From Psychromonas sp. (GTDB taxonomy: Bacteria; Pseudomonadota; Gammaproteobacteria; Enterobacterales; Psychromonadaceae), in NCBI GenBank assembly GCA_013619145.1, contig JABXKR010000309.1, positions 2,744 to 66,743 of the forward strand: 64,000 nt of DNA, written 5' to 3'. The notes beneath the pieces are model-generated. The model saw only the letters and a program-made list of their open reading frames with translations, did not search any database and was not told the DNA's origin. A program made the position numbers and the translations under genes. Positions 19,993 to 30,645 of this stretch are shown here, one piece after another. Positions within the stretch are counted from its first letter, which is position 1; each line of letters opens with the position of its first letter.

Positions 19993-21624
19993 ATGACACT
20001 AGCGAAAATACTATCTACTGATGAGTTAAGCAAATATGGCATTACCGGCGTTTCTGAAGTTATCTACAACCCAAGTTACGAAACATTATTTAATGAAGAG
20101 ATGTCTCCTGACTTAACAGGTTTTGAAAAAGGGGTTATCACCGAAAACGGGACTGTCGCTGTTGATACCGGCATATTCACCGGCCGTTCACCCAAAGATA
20201 AATACATAGTTAAAGACGATACCACACGCGATACCGTCTGGTGGGCCGACCAAGGTAAAAACGATAATAAATCGATCGACCAGCCGACTTGGAATCATTT
20301 AAAAGATCTCGTTACTAAAGAGCTTTCCAATAAACGCCTATTCGTAATTGATGCATTTTGCGGCACCAATGAAAATTCTCGCTTAAAAGTACGCTTTATT
20401 ATGGAAGTAGCCTGGCAGGCACACTTTGTAACGAATATGTTTATCCGTCCCACAGATCAAGAGCTAGTTGATTTTGAACCTGATTTTATAGTAATGAACG
20501 GCTCTAAAACTACCAATCCTGACTGGCAGGCACAAGGTTTAAATTCTGAAAATTTTGTGGCATTTAATCTCACTGAAAAAGTGCAAGTGATCGGCGGTAC
20601 CTGGTACGGCGGCGAAATGAAAAAAGGCCTGTTCTCAGTGATGAACTACCTGTTACCACTTAACGGCATGGCGTCAATGCACTGCTCGGCAAACATGGGT
20701 AAAGGTGGTGACACCGCTATTTTCTTCGGTCTGTCCGGCACAGGTAAAACCACCCTTTCAACCGATTCCAAACGTGCTTTAATTGGAGATGATGAACATG
20801 GCTGGGATGACGATGGTGTCTTTAACTTTGAAGGAGGCTGTTACGCAAAAACTATTCGTCTAAGCGCTGAAGCTGAGCCTGATATTTTCCGCGCCATTAA
20901 GCATGATGCTCTGCTGGAAAATGTGGTGATAGATGCAGATGGTATTGTTGATTACCATGATGCCAGCAAAACCGAAAATGCGCGTGTTTCCTATCCAATC
21001 CACCATATTACCAATATTGTTGAACCGATTTCTAGAGGGGGTCATGCGCAAAAAGTGATCTTCTTAACCGCGGATGCATTTGGTGTTTTACCACCTGTAT
21101 CTAAACTTACTAAAGCACAAACACAATATCACTTCCTGTCCGGCTTTACCGCTAAACTTGCCGGTACTGAGCGCGGTATAACCGAACCGACACCGACTTT
21201 CTCGGCATGTTTTGGTGCGGCGTTCTTAACCCTGCATCCAACACAATATGCAGAGCAGTTAGTAAAACGTATGGAAGCATGCGGTGCAGAAGCTTACTTG
21301 GTAAATACCGGTTGGAACGGCTCTGGCAAACGTATCTCAATTCAGGATACGCGCGGTATTATTGATGCAATTTTAGATGGATCGATTGAAAAAGCTGAAA
21401 CCAAGCAGATTCCGTTCTTTAACTTAGAAGTGCCGCTGGCATTACCTGGTGTGCATAGCTCCATTCTGGATCCGCGTGATACTTACGAAAATGGAGCAGA
21501 GTGGGATAAAAAAGCGCAAGAGTTAGCGAGCCTGTTTATCAATAACTTTGAACGTTATACCGATAAAGCTGAAGGTCAGGCGTTAGTTGAAGCAGGACCG
21601 CAATTAGTTGAAGAGCCAGCTTAA
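19993..21624 (+). CDS. pckA: Phosphoenolpyruvate carboxykinase (ATP)
   Basis: [38 protein letters not shown]. Confidence 0.99.
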   Translation: MTLAKILSTDELSKYGITGVSEVIYNPSYETLFNEEMSPDLTGFEKGVITENGTVAVDTGIFTGRSPKDKYIVKDDTTRDTVWWADQGKNDNKSIDQPTWNHLKDLVTKELSNKRLFVIDAFCGTNENSRLKVRFIMEVAWQAHFVTNMFIRPTDQELVDFEPDFIVMNGSKTTNPDWQAQGLNSENFVAFNLTEKVQVIGGTWYGGEMKKGLFSVMNYLLPLNGMASMHCSANMGKGGDTAIFFGLSGTGKTTLSTDSKRALIGDDEHGWDDDGVFNFEGGCYAKTIRLSAEAEPDIFRAIKHDALLENVVIDADGIVDYHDASKTENARVSYPIHHITNIVEPISRGGHAQKVIFLTADAFGVLPPVSKLTKAQTQYHFLSGFTAKLAGTERGITEPTPTFSACFGAAFLTLHPTQYAEQLVKRMEACGAEAYLVNTGWNGSGKRISIQDTRGIIDAILDGSIEKAETKQIPFFNLEVPLALPGVHSSILDPRDTYENGAEWDKKAQELASLFINNFERYTDKAEGQALVEAGPQLVEEPA

Positions 21625-21654
21625 CGAAACAGATTAACTAACAAGTCAAAACAG

Positions 21655-21688
21655 AGCCGCAGAAGTGAACACCTCTGCGGCTTTTTTT
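21655..21688 (+). terminator. Rho-independent terminator after pckA
   Basis: AGCCGCAGA / TCTGCGGCT stem followed by a T run. Confidence 0.85.
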
Positions 21689-21786
21689 GTTTTGCATGAT
21701 CAGTAAAAGCACGCCAGTAAGCACAAACAAAAGTAAACAGAGTGTTTCTTGATTACGTCAGAGAGCAGTTTAAATAGCGTTAATAA

Positions 21787-22869
21787 TTACAATTGTTGCA
21801 GCAGATGCTTAACTAACTGCAAAGAGCCATCTTCGCAGACCTGTTGTTGCGGATAATCTAAAGCATTTAACTTTTCAATCACAGCCGTTAAATATTGCCC
21901 CTGCAGCTGCTCGATATGTAGTTCTGTAAAAGGCACCCGCGCTGCTAAAAACTCATTTAGGAAAGGTGTTTCCGGCCAGTCAGGGCGCGCTAAGCTGATT
22001 ACTCTTACTTTTTTATGTTCAGCAATCGCCGCTATTTCACAATAAGTGCCGTAACCGGGTTTGGTTAAAATCAGATCGCAGCTAGCGAGCAGCTGTAAAA
22101 ATGGAATATTGAGATCCCTTATCTGGGTCATATCGTTACGCAACCGGTTTTCAGGTTGATCCACCAGCCAGTGCCAGCCGGGAATAACGGGCCAGTTTTT
22201 AAGATCTAAAGAGATAGGGAAACCACCTAATGCCACTAACGCCACCTTGCTTGTACCCTCCGGCAGAGATTCCAGCAGTTTCTGCGGCACTCCTTTAGGG
22301 CGACTGTTAATACTTGCGATCTTAATTTCATTAACACCAGCAAGCGGCACGGAAGGCAGCGGCTTATAGATGTAATCAACTTTTTTATAAACGGCAAGCA
22401 TCTGCTTATAAACCGCTTGGGTTTTTGTCTGCTGCGCATCTAAGCAGTAACGTTCATAAATCTGCGCCCAGTTAAACGGTGCAACGGAAGCACTGGGGAT
22501 ATTTAACTGGATCGCTGCATCCAGAGTGATTGGAGATATATTACTAATCACGCAATCCGGTTTAAGCTGCTTTAAAATCTCTATTTCCTGATTGACGACC
22601 TGCTGCCAGTTATCAAAGAGCTGCTGATATTTAAGCCTGCTGTTTTGAATATCAACCTCGATTGGTGAATGCATCAACATACCAAAATCATGACCCGATT
22701 CTATATGGGTAAATGGTCCGGAAAGACGAGAATCCAGATAACTTTTCGGCAATAAACTGAGTACAGTAATTTTTATTTCAGGGAAATCCTGCATCAGCCG
22801 TTCAATAACAGATGTTGAGATCGCACCATGTCCAAATCCATGTGCGCTAATAGAAAAACAAAAATGCAT
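21787..22869 (-). CDS. GT-B fold glycosyltransferase-like protein
   Basis: ISAHGFGH N-terminal motif, DLILTKPGYGT, RPDWPE. Confidence 0.7.
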   Translation of the reverse strand: MHFCFSISAHGFGHGAISTSVIERLMQDFPEIKITVLSLLPKSYLDSRLSGPFTHIESGHDFGMLMHSPIEVDIQNSRLKYQQLFDNWQQVVNQEIEILKQLKPDCVISNISPITLDAAIQLNIPSASVAPFNWAQIYERYCLDAQQTKTQAVYKQMLAVYKKVDYIYKPLPSVPLAGVNEIKIASINSRPKGVPQKLLESLPEGTSKVALVALGGFPISLDLKNWPVIPGWHWLVDQPENRLRNDMTQIRDLNIPFLQLLASCDLILTKPGYGTYCEIAAIAEHKKVRVISLARPDWPETPFLNEFLAARVPFTELHIEQLQGQYLTAVIEKLNALDYPQQQVCEDGSLQLVKHLLQQL

Positions 22870-23019
22870 ATTTTCAGGCTCTTAAATAAAACAGAGATTA
22901 AGTTATAACAAATAGGGATAGGTAAGAGAAGATCCGATAATTTTCATCTTTGATTGCGCTATCGCTGAAAAATGTTTATAACATGGTAAACAATTATTAT
23001 TCTCAATTGGAGTTGTATT

Positions 23020-24009
23020 ATGAAAGTTGCAATGTTCAGTACGCGCAGTTATGACATCAACCATTTCAATCCACTTATTAACGAGCAAGATATTCAAATA
23101 AAATATTTTGATACTCAACTTAATATCCATACCTGCCAGCTTGCACAAGGTTATGATGCGGTTTGTGCGTTTGTAAACGATGATTTATCAGCACCGGTAT
23201 TAACTGAGCTTGCTGAACTCGGCATTAAAGTTATCGTTATGCGTTGTGCTGGTTTTAACAATGTAGATATCGAAGTCAGCAAACAATTAGATTTAACTGT
23301 AATGCGTGTCCCTGCTTATTCTCCAGAAGCCGTTGCAGAGCATGCGATTGCATTAATGATGACCCTTAACCGCCGTATTCATAAAGCTTATCAGCGCACG
23401 CGTGATGCTAATTTCTCATTGCAGGGATTAGTCGGCTTTAATATGTTCGGTAAAACCGTGGGTATTATCGGTACTGGTAAAATCGGTATTGCGACAATGC
23501 GTATTTTAAAAGGTTTTGGCTGTAAATTATTAGCATTCGACCCTTACCCTTCACAGCAAGCTATCGATCTGGGTGCAGAGTATGTTTCAGCAGAGCAGTT
23601 ATTTGCACAGAGTGATATTATCAGCCTGCATTGTCCGCTAACCAAAGAGAACCATCATCTGCTTAATAGCGAGTCATTTTCAAAAATGAAAGATGGCGTG
23701 ATGATTATTAATACCAGTCGCGGTGCACTGCTTAATGCCACTGATGCGATTGTTTCCTTAAAAGCAGGTAAGATCGGCGCATTAGGTTTAGATGTGTATG
23801 AAGAGGAAGACTCTCTATTTTTCGGCGATCATTCAGATGAGATTATCGGCGATGATGTATTCCGCCGTTTGTCTGCCTGCCATAATGTAATCTTTACTGG
23901 TCATCAGGCATTTTTAACCAAAGAAGCATTAACCAGCATTGCCCAAACCACACTGGATAACCTACAAAGTTTTGCTTGTGGCTGCCCTAATGGCAACGAA
24001 GTAAATTAA
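23020..24009 (+). CDS. ldhA: D-lactate dehydrogenase (2-hydroxyacid dehydrogenase)
   Basis: RCAGFNNVD, VPAYSPEAVAEH, GTGKIG, NTSRG, GHQAFLT. Confidence 0.96.
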   Translation: MKVAMFSTRSYDINHFNPLINEQDIQIKYFDTQLNIHTCQLAQGYDAVCAFVNDDLSAPVLTELAELGIKVIVMRCAGFNNVDIEVSKQLDLTVMRVPAYSPEAVAEHAIALMMTLNRRIHKAYQRTRDANFSLQGLVGFNMFGKTVGIIGTGKIGIATMRILKGFGCKLLAFDPYPSQQAIDLGAEYVSAEQLFAQSDIISLHCPLTKENHHLLNSESFSKMKDGVMIINTSRGALLNATDAIVSLKAGKIGALGLDVYEEEDSLFFGDHSDEIIGDDVFRRLSACHNVIFTGHQAFLTKEALTSIAQTTLDNLQSFACGCPNGNEVN

Positions 24010-24012
24010 AAC

Positions 24013-24120
24013 CTACAGCTTGGAAATGCAGGAATCTGCATTTCCAAATAGCATGGCTAAATCCCGCATAATTAACAAATATACCCATGTTACTTCAAGA
24101 TGCAAAATCAGCAATCCTAG
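24013..24120. repeat. Collapsed and partial ERIC-like MITE remnants
   Basis: Hairpin TTGGAAATGCAG-GAAT-CTGCATTTCCAA, then TATACCCATGTTACTTCAAGATGCAAAATCAGC at 24080 resembling a terminus of the 4387 element. Confidence 0.6.
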
Positions 24121-24223
24121 CCGCAAGAAGATATCCCAAAATAGAAGAAGCTGTCTATATTGCAATAATAGACAACATGGTCTACTTTTATCTGAATATA
24201 TGAACGGTCCGAGGGGCATTAAT

Positions 24224-24799
24224 ATGAATGATAAAAAACGTAGCATTGTTGAATCAGCACTTAACCTATTTTATAAAAAGGGCATACATGCGGTTGGCAT
24301 TAATGAGATTATTACGGTTGCCGGCGTTGCTAAAAAAACGCTATATAACCATTTTAAAAGCAAAGATGAGCTGATTCTAGCAACCCTCAAATATCGAGAT
24401 CAGTTGTTTATGGATTGGCTAACTCAGCAGCTAAACAAAGCGGAACTGGGTAAAGACGCTCTATTAGCACTCTTTGAAGCACTGGATGACTGGTTTAATG
24501 GCCGCGTGCAAGGTCTTGGTGAATTTAAGGGATGTTACTTTATCAATACCAGTGCTGAATATGGTCATTTTAATAGACAGATCTATTCGGCATGTAAGGA
24601 GCATAAAGACAAAATTAAAGCGCTGGTGCAGGTTCATGTCGATTCATTTGAAGAAAACGCACAAAAAAATGCATTATTAGTAGATACAATTTGCCTGTTA
24701 AAAGAGGGCGCAATCACCACTGCGCTTGTGCAAAGAAACTTAGCAAGTGCGCAAAATGCAAACGCAATTGTGGAAAACATATTACGCTTTAAACGCTGA
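24224..24799 (+). CDS. TetR/AcrR family regulator
   Basis: LFYKKGIHAVGINEI, GVAKKTLYNHFKSKDEL, GCYFIN; ATG at 24224 after GAGG. Confidence 0.93.
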   Translation: MNDKKRSIVESALNLFYKKGIHAVGINEIITVAGVAKKTLYNHFKSKDELILATLKYRDQLFMDWLTQQLNKAELGKDALLALFEALDDWFNGRVQGLGEFKGCYFINTSAEYGHFNRQIYSACKEHKDKIKALVQVHVDSFEENAQKNALLVDTICLLKEGAITTALVQRNLASAQNANAIVENILRFKR

Positions 24800-24887
24800 A
24801 AGTGACCTTTGATTGCTAAAGCAAAATAGCGGCTAGCTATTTTTATTACAGTTAACAATAATAGGTTACCATGCGGCACAGGTAGCA

Positions 24888-25309
24888 ATGTTTAAATAAA
24901 TCACCATGGCTATCTGCATAATTTCCCTGTAATTCTGCATAGCTTAGAACCAAGCAGGTATTTAGCTTTGATCGACAATAAAGATTTTACTAGCCAGCTC
25001 GCGCAGGATTTAGGCAGCACTCATTTCATTATCGGCAATAAGCGCTGGCATATTAAAGAGCTGCTCAGCGTACAGAGCATACTGTTGTGCAATGCTCCCT
25101 CATTAAAAGATGGTATTTTATGGTGGAGTAAGTCCGTATCTTTATTTGATCGAATGCTTTACGTTGAAAGCAAAAGCTGCAGTGGCTTTTTATCTCTAAC
25201 GTTTCATACTCACGGCAATCTATCTCTGCCTAGTTTTACTTATTCTATCGCACAAAATTTACTTGCACTGCTTGGCCGCTTTACTGAGTTTCATCATAGC
25301 TGGCTTTAA
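24888..25309 (+). pseudogene. Possible hypothetical gene with a 5' frameshift
   Basis: Frame open 24896-25309; upstream ATG TTT AAA at 24888 is one base out of frame; stop overlaps that of a convergent small ORF. Confidence 0.3.
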
Positions 25310-25464
25310 TCCTGCTGTTGTAGTCTCTTTTGCATCGCTAAAGCGCGGCGAATCAGCTTATGTTCTGTCTCACAGCCCCGGAATCGTAATTCCATCATCA
25401 TCGCATCTAACAGCTCCGAAATCTCACTTGATGGCACAGTACTCTGCTCAGTTGAATCACTCAT
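25306..25464 (-). CDS. 52-aa small hypothetical protein (not in ORF track)
   Basis: AAGGAG then ATG, just after the upstream gene's stop; MSDSTEQSTVPSSEISELLDAMMMELRFRGCETEHKLIRRALAMQKRLQQQD. Confidence 0.6.
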   Translation of the reverse strand: MSDSTEQSTVPSSEISELLDAMMMELRFRGCETEHKLIRRALAMQKRLQQQD

Positions 25465-25474
25465 TGCCGCTCCT

Positions 25475-25903
25475 TTATTCTGCGCTGTTATGCGCTTTTT
25501 TCTCGATAATCAGTTTATATTCACCATAAGTTAACGCAGAAATATCAATCGTTACAAACACCTGCTCGGCGATAACGTCTACCTGCGTCAATGTGGAATT
25601 TTTATGCCGAACCTTAAACTTTGCAAAGCCATCACCATAAATATTAGCGCTGCTATCACCCTCTATGGAAATAAAAGTGATCTGATAAACCTGTCCCGCA
25701 AAACCTAACAGCTTATAGATGGAGGTATGCTCACCACCAACGATTCCCGCAAATACAAAAGGTGAGTCATTATTATGAAAGCTGATATAGCTGGTATCAC
25801 GGCTGGTCTGCATCTCTTGATGCAGTAACTCAGCGCTCTGTACAGAGCTAAAAAATAGCGCAGAAAACAATAGTGAAAAAAGATAAGATAATTTCATTTT
25901 CAA
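25475..25903 (-). CDS. Exported hypothetical protein
   Basis: Signal peptide ending VQSA; beta-rich mature region. Confidence 0.65.
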   Translation of the reverse strand: MKMKLSYLFSLLFSALFFSSVQSAELLHQEMQTSRDTSYISFHNNDSPFVFAGIVGGEHTSIYKLLGFAGQVYQITFISIEGDSSANIYGDGFAKFKVRHKNSTLTQVDVIAEQVFVTIDISALTYGEYKLIIEKKAHNSAE

Positions 25904-25925
25904 CCTGATATCAATTAGTTATTGA

Positions 25926-26606
25926 CTAATTGTATTGTGAAAAAACAACTGCTTTATTTTGCCATAACTTACAAACTTGATTCAGAAACGAGTTAATACG
26001 GTACGGGTGATATTTAACTGGCATTTTATTCTCCAGCGCAGGAATCGGTTTTTGATCTTTACGCAGACGGCTAAGGATCAGGTTTAACAAGCCTGTAAGA
26101 TAAGTTTTAAACGCATCACTTTCATAAAGTTCCGGCCAATGAATAACTTGGTCAGTGCGGTATAACTCAATCATCGGCCCCATTTTGTAAGTGTGCTTCT
26201 CAATTTCAGCATCGCCCATGCAGTACTCTTTTACTAATTGCAGAAACAGATCTAAACACTCACCACGGGGTACAATAGTGAAAAACTCTTTTTGCAGCTT
26301 TTCATCTTTAATATCATCTTTCGCATTGATAGTGCGGTATAAAATTTCAAACATATGTACGATAGTGCGATCTAAAATACGCTGTTTGGGGAAACGCTGA
26401 TATTGAATATCCTGCCCGATAATCTCATACAAAGCAGGCAAATCAATATTATTTACCACTTGACGGGAAAGTTTATCCACAACCGCTACCGGAATCCGGT
26501 TTTCTAATAACGTATTGTTTACTGATTCTGCAATCAGCGCTTGTAATTTTTGCTGTACTTTAGCCGAGCTGTTATACAGAGGTTTAGGTTGATCACTATC
26601 GAACAT
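25926..26606 (-). CDS. Hypothetical protein
   Basis: 226-aa ORF with AAGGGA RBS; no recognised motif. Confidence 0.7.
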   Translation of the reverse strand: MFDSDQPKPLYNSSAKVQQKLQALIAESVNNTLLENRIPVAVVDKLSRQVVNNIDLPALYEIIGQDIQYQRFPKQRILDRTIVHMFEILYRTINAKDDIKDEKLQKEFFTIVPRGECLDLFLQLVKEYCMGDAEIEKHTYKMGPMIELYRTDQVIHWPELYESDAFKTYLTGLLNLILSRLRKDQKPIPALENKMPVKYHPYRINSFLNQVCKLWQNKAVVFSQYN

Positions 26607-26843
26607 CTTGTCCCTTTGAAAAATAATCCATTTGCCAGGCGCAATTCTAACTTACTTCATTTCATTAAAGGTTTTTTTCTCGGTTTGTCAGCTTAATTCA
26701 GACAAACTTCCCGATAATAAACCCTATAAGCAATTTTTAAAAAAATCTTTGTTCAAAAACAATCATAAATACTGCCTAGAACATTGTTATTTTATGCCGT
26801 TAGTCTAGAATCTGCGCAAAAATTCACTAGGAGAGGTTATTAT

Positions 26844-27407
26844 ATGTCTGACAAAGTATTTATCAGCGCTCAACAGCTGCTTGAAGACTCGTTCCGTCTT
26901 GCGGCTCAAGTATATGAAAGCGGTTTTCGTCCACAATTCATTGTCGGCATCTGGCGCGGGGGCGCACCGATTGGTATCGCTGTGCAAGAGTACTTTGATT
27001 ACAAAAAAGTAGAAACAGACCATATTGCGGTACGTACCTCTTCTTATTACGGTATTGGTCAACAAAGCAAAACAATTCAAGTACATGGCCTGCATTATAT
27101 TATCGAAAATGCCAATGCGGATGATGGTCTGTTAATTGTTGATGATGTATTCGATTCAGGTCGCAGTGTTGTTGCATTAAAAGAGAAACTGACAGAGCAG
27201 ATGCGTTTGAATATGCCGACAGATGTGCGCATTGCCACGCCTTACTACAAGCCGAAAAACAAAGCGGTATCAATCGTACCGGATTACTTTATTCATGAGT
27301 CTGAAGAGTGGTTAGTATTCCCGCATGAAGTTTCTGGTTTATCAATTGAAGAGATTACTGAAGGTAAAGAAGACTTTAAAAACATTAAAGATCTTTTCCG
27401 CGATTAA
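26844..27407 (+). CDS. Type I (purine-like) phosphoribosyltransferase
   Basis: VGIWRGG, LLIVDDVFDSG PRPP motif, WLVFPHE; ATG at 26844 after GAGG. Confidence 0.9.
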   Translation: MSDKVFISAQQLLEDSFRLAAQVYESGFRPQFIVGIWRGGAPIGIAVQEYFDYKKVETDHIAVRTSSYYGIGQQSKTIQVHGLHYIIENANADDGLLIVDDVFDSGRSVVALKEKLTEQMRLNMPTDVRIATPYYKPKNKAVSIVPDYFIHESEEWLVFPHEVSGLSIEEITEGKEDFKNIKDLFRD

Positions 27408-27427
27408 TCTTTGCTTATAAGCGCATT

Positions 27428-27456
27428 AAAAAGGAGACTAAATAGTCTCCTTTTTT
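27428..27456. terminator. Bidirectional terminator
   Basis: AAAAAGGAGACTA-AA-TAGTCTCCTTTTTT between convergent genes. Confidence 0.85.
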
Positions 27457-27467
27457 GTTTCTGCTGT

Positions 27468-28064
27468 TTACTTCTCAATTATAAACTTCGTGGTTTTCTG
27501 TAAAACATCCGGATATAACTCGAAAAACTGCTGCGATAACAGATCATAATGGTCCAGCAAAGTCTGTCCGGTATTTGCCAGCGGTGCCATTTTAGGGCTG
27601 CGTGATGCCATACGCTGCAGGCCAAAATTAATATTCTCTATCTTGGCATAACACTCAAGCCACCTGCCCTGCCAGACCAATTGCGACACCGTTGTAAAAC
27701 GCGGCGGCAGTGCATTTACCTCTAACTTGCTTTCCGCCTCAATCTGCAGCTCAGCTTGCTGGCAAAAATGCGCTAACGAGCTATGATGAAACTCGCTCCA
27801 GTGCTTCGCCAGACAGTGATCCCAAAACATATCCAGGGTTATCGGCGCAAAACGGCGTAACTGCGCAGGAAACAGCGGTTTAAGCGATTTAACAATCTGA
27901 TGCTGGTCGGTATAACTATCCACAAAACGATGTATACGGATCCCCTGCACAATCTCAGCATTAAACTGCCCGTCCGGATTACCTTTCACAAAATCACCCA
28001 AAAAGTTACCCACAAAACTGGTATTAGTAAACGAAGCGATATGTAAGTGTGCAAGAAAGTTCAT
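27468..28064 (-). CDS. acpH: Acyl carrier protein phosphodiesterase
   Basis: MNFLAHLH, GNFLGDFVKG, HRFVDSYTD, DMFWDH. Confidence 0.92.
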   Translation of the reverse strand: MNFLAHLHIASFTNTSFVGNFLGDFVKGNPDGQFNAEIVQGIRIHRFVDSYTDQHQIVKSLKPLFPAQLRRFAPITLDMFWDHCLAKHWSEFHHSSLAHFCQQAELQIEAESKLEVNALPPRFTTVSQLVWQGRWLECYAKIENINFGLQRMASRSPKMAPLANTGQTLLDHYDLLSQQFFELYPDVLQKTTKFIIEK

Positions 28065-28539
28065 GGCCTGACCCGGTTAGTGTGCTGCAGCTAGGGTAAT
28101 TTTTATTACAGAAAAAAGAAAGAAAAAGCGTGTAGACGATAAGAAAGCGAAACGCAGTTGCGCAGTCCGAATAGCTCAAAAGATGTGACCGTCCTGCTTT
28201 GCTGATCGTTCGAATCAGAAAAACGTCAACAGAAAGAAAGGCTCTAGCCAAATGAGTTTGTGGTTCTAGCGCTTTGAATTAATTGCAAAAATAAAATGAG
28301 TGCCCAGCCTTGATTGCTGTTTTAACCAAGCAGATAGGTATCACAGTGCCGGTTATTTTAGTGATTTTGGAATTTAACTTGTAAATTAAATGGTTAGTTA
28401 CAATTTTAAAAATGGGATAGGTGCTGCCATAACACCTATCTCAACTCACGTTTTCATTCAGTTATCATGCAAGATATTAATATTATGATAAATTAAAAAT
28501 ATTGTGGTGATTATTTTAAGAGAGATAGCTGTCACGGCT

Positions 28540-28574
28540 TTTAGTGCGTAGTTATACCTATCAAGCTGTTATGC
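28540..28574 (+). mobile_element. Integron attI-like site
   Basis: TTTAGTGCGTAGTTATACCTATCAAGCTGTTATGC ends in a GTTRRRY core (28568-28574) and resembles Vibrio-type chromosomal attI as I recall it; no attC stem upstream. Confidence 0.6.
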
Positions 28575-28604
28575 GTTTGAATCCGAATCAAAAAGGAAAA
28601 CTGA

Positions 28605-29540
28605 GTGATGTCAAAGGTACATTCGTTTCGTTGGGCTGATAGTCCTATATTTCGACAACACCCGGTATTTGCTTATGAATATGGCGGTCTGATTTATATG
28701 TGGCGATATGATCTAGATCGTGAAGCCATGCTAAATCAATGTGCAGGGAGCCCCTGTGACGGTAAGTCCGTTGAAGATCATGCAAATGCTTACATCAATA
28801 GAATTCAACCACGGCCTAATGACTTATACCGTAAGACCATAGAAACTATCCCCGGTAAGTTTCACCCCAGAATCTACAGGCCAGGGGCTATCGAAGATAA
28901 TTTCAAAGATAATGGCTGCCCAGTATCTGACTCTAAAGCAATTGGGCAGAGCTTGGTTTCAACAAGTATTCTTCTCGGCAAGCTTAAAAGCATCTTAGAA
29001 ACTATCGAACTAGCGAACGAAAATTTAGAAGTATTTGGTCATGAAATACGTAATCTACTATTGCTGTCATGTATGGAGGTTGAGTCCACGCTATCGGCAA
29101 TTTTGAGAGAGAACAAATACCCTCAGCGGAGATGGACAACAAATGATTACGTTAAACTTCGAGACCCGCTTCACCTCGAAAAATATGAAGTGAAATTCAA
29201 ACTTTATCCAAGTTTTAACGCCGTGCTGCCGTTCAAGGGCTGGGATGCTGAAAAACCCACACAATCGTTGAGTTGGTACGATGCTTATAATAATACAAAA
29301 CATGATAGAGAGTTAAACATAAACAAAGCAACACTTCGTCATGCTGTTTTAAGCGTTAGTGCTGTAGCTTCTCTCCTGCACGCACAGTTTGGACCAAATC
29401 ATGATTTCTGGAAACAAGGCGAGTTATCGAATATTACAGTCGGTATGTGTCACGAGTTCGATGTAGATGAGTTTTACATACCTCATTCAACTGATAAAAA
29501 CTTGCAATGTAAGTGGGAGAGCCAACCACTTGCCATTTGA
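28605..29540 (+). CDS. Integron cassette protein with HEPN-like C-terminal region
   Basis: RNLLLLSCMEVES and WYDAYNNTKHDR motifs; bounded by GTTATGC and GCATAAC. Confidence 0.65.
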   Translation: MMSKVHSFRWADSPIFRQHPVFAYEYGGLIYMWRYDLDREAMLNQCAGSPCDGKSVEDHANAYINRIQPRPNDLYRKTIETIPGKFHPRIYRPGAIEDNFKDNGCPVSDSKAIGQSLVSTSILLGKLKSILETIELANENLEVFGHEIRNLLLLSCMEVESTLSAILRENKYPQRRWTTNDYVKLRDPLHLEKYEVKFKLYPSFNAVLPFKGWDAEKPTQSLSWYDAYNNTKHDRELNINKATLRHAVLSVSAVASLLHAQFGPNHDFWKQGELSNITVGMCHEFDVDEFYIPHSTDKNLQCKWESQPLAI

Positions 29541-29543
29541 ATT

Positions 29544-29643
29544 GCATAACAAGTGGCTACAGCGGATTTGGCAAACCTGTCATTTTTTGTCCGGGTACAA
29601 AAATCGCCAGCTTCGCCAAACGCGGTGAGCTTTGCCGTTGTGC
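29544..29643 (+). mobile_element. attC recombination site, 100 bp
   Basis: GCATAAC 3 bp after the stop, imperfect stem TTTGGC..TTTTTGT / ACAAAAA..GCCAAA, closing GTTGTGC core. Confidence 0.85.
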
Positions 29644-29695
29644 ATACTTCTGACTAAATTCAAATATGATTATTTATCACAGGAATCAATCGAAT

Positions 29696-30580
29696 ATGAA
29701 ATCTGAAATTATTGCCAAACAGGAGATTCTCGCCTTTCTGGAAAATATCGACACGGATCTCAGTAATTTCATCGAAAACCGTATCCAGAAAGGTGTCATG
29801 AGCGACAAGAAATGGAGCTGCTTATCTAAGGAACTGGAGCACAGGAGATGCTGGGAGGTCCTTCCCTGTACGAAAATGAATTGCCCGGCCCGTGACTTGG
29901 AGACTTATCAGTGCTGGCTTATGGCGGGAACCCTTTGCGGAGGCAAGGCACAAGGTGCTTTTGCTGAGAAATTCGGTTCTTGCCTTAAGTGCAAAGTTTA
30001 TAAAGACTACCATGTAACTCCGGTTCGCTCGCTTTTCGAGAACATTAATATTCTGATTTCCCATATGAGCGACGAATCGTACGAATTTCACCGCAAAGCC
30101 ACAACCGACTCTCTGACAGGGCTATTAAATCGCGCCAGTTTTGATGAAATTACTGAAAAAGAAATTAAGCGGAGCAAGCGACTGAATATCCCTTTGACAC
30201 TTGTCATGTTCGATTTAGATCATTTTAAGGTGATTAATGACAAATCCGGACATCTTGCTGGCGATTATTATCTGATGGAATTTGCTTCAATCTTGCGCCA
30301 TGTAAGCCGGGAAACAGACTTTGTATTCCGAACCGGAGGTGATGAGTTCATCGTGATGCTGGTGAATGCTGAAGAAAAGAGCATCTCCGACTACATCAAC
30401 CGAGTTCAGGAGTCGCTCGTTCGCTGGAATAAGAGCGACAATCGCCCCTATCCCCACCGATTGGCAGCCAGTGCCGGCGGCTCCCGTCTGAACGATTTAA
30501 GCTTCGACATTCAGAAATGTGTGGAGAAGGCCGATCAGCGTATGTATCAAAACAAGCAAGACAGGAAGGCCGGACGATAA
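29696..30580 (+). CDS. Diguanylate cyclase with Cys-rich two-CW N-terminal domain
   Basis: TDSLTGLLNR, DLDHFKVIND, RETD I-site, GGDEF; CWE..C..CPA..CW..GTLCGG..CLKC. Confidence 0.9.
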   Translation: MKSEIIAKQEILAFLENIDTDLSNFIENRIQKGVMSDKKWSCLSKELEHRRCWEVLPCTKMNCPARDLETYQCWLMAGTLCGGKAQGAFAEKFGSCLKCKVYKDYHVTPVRSLFENINILISHMSDESYEFHRKATTDSLTGLLNRASFDEITEKEIKRSKRLNIPLTLVMFDLDHFKVINDKSGHLAGDYYLMEFASILRHVSRETDFVFRTGGDEFIVMLVNAEEKSISDYINRVQESLVRWNKSDNRPYPHRLAASAGGSRLNDLSFDIQKCVEKADQRMYQNKQDRKAGR

Positions 30581-30645
30581 TAATTTTTGGAAAAAGCTGA
30601 CATCCACAACTTAACCTTACTACCAACTTAACAGGAGTACTAACT

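Noticed and set aside
24020-24223. N-terminal extension of the TetR protein
   Set aside because: Runs through MITE remnants; a better RBS and ATG lie at 24224
28065-28540. intI remnant or tRNA upstream of the attI-like site
   Set aside because: No tyrosine recombinase motifs, correctly spaced LexA box or cloverleaf seen
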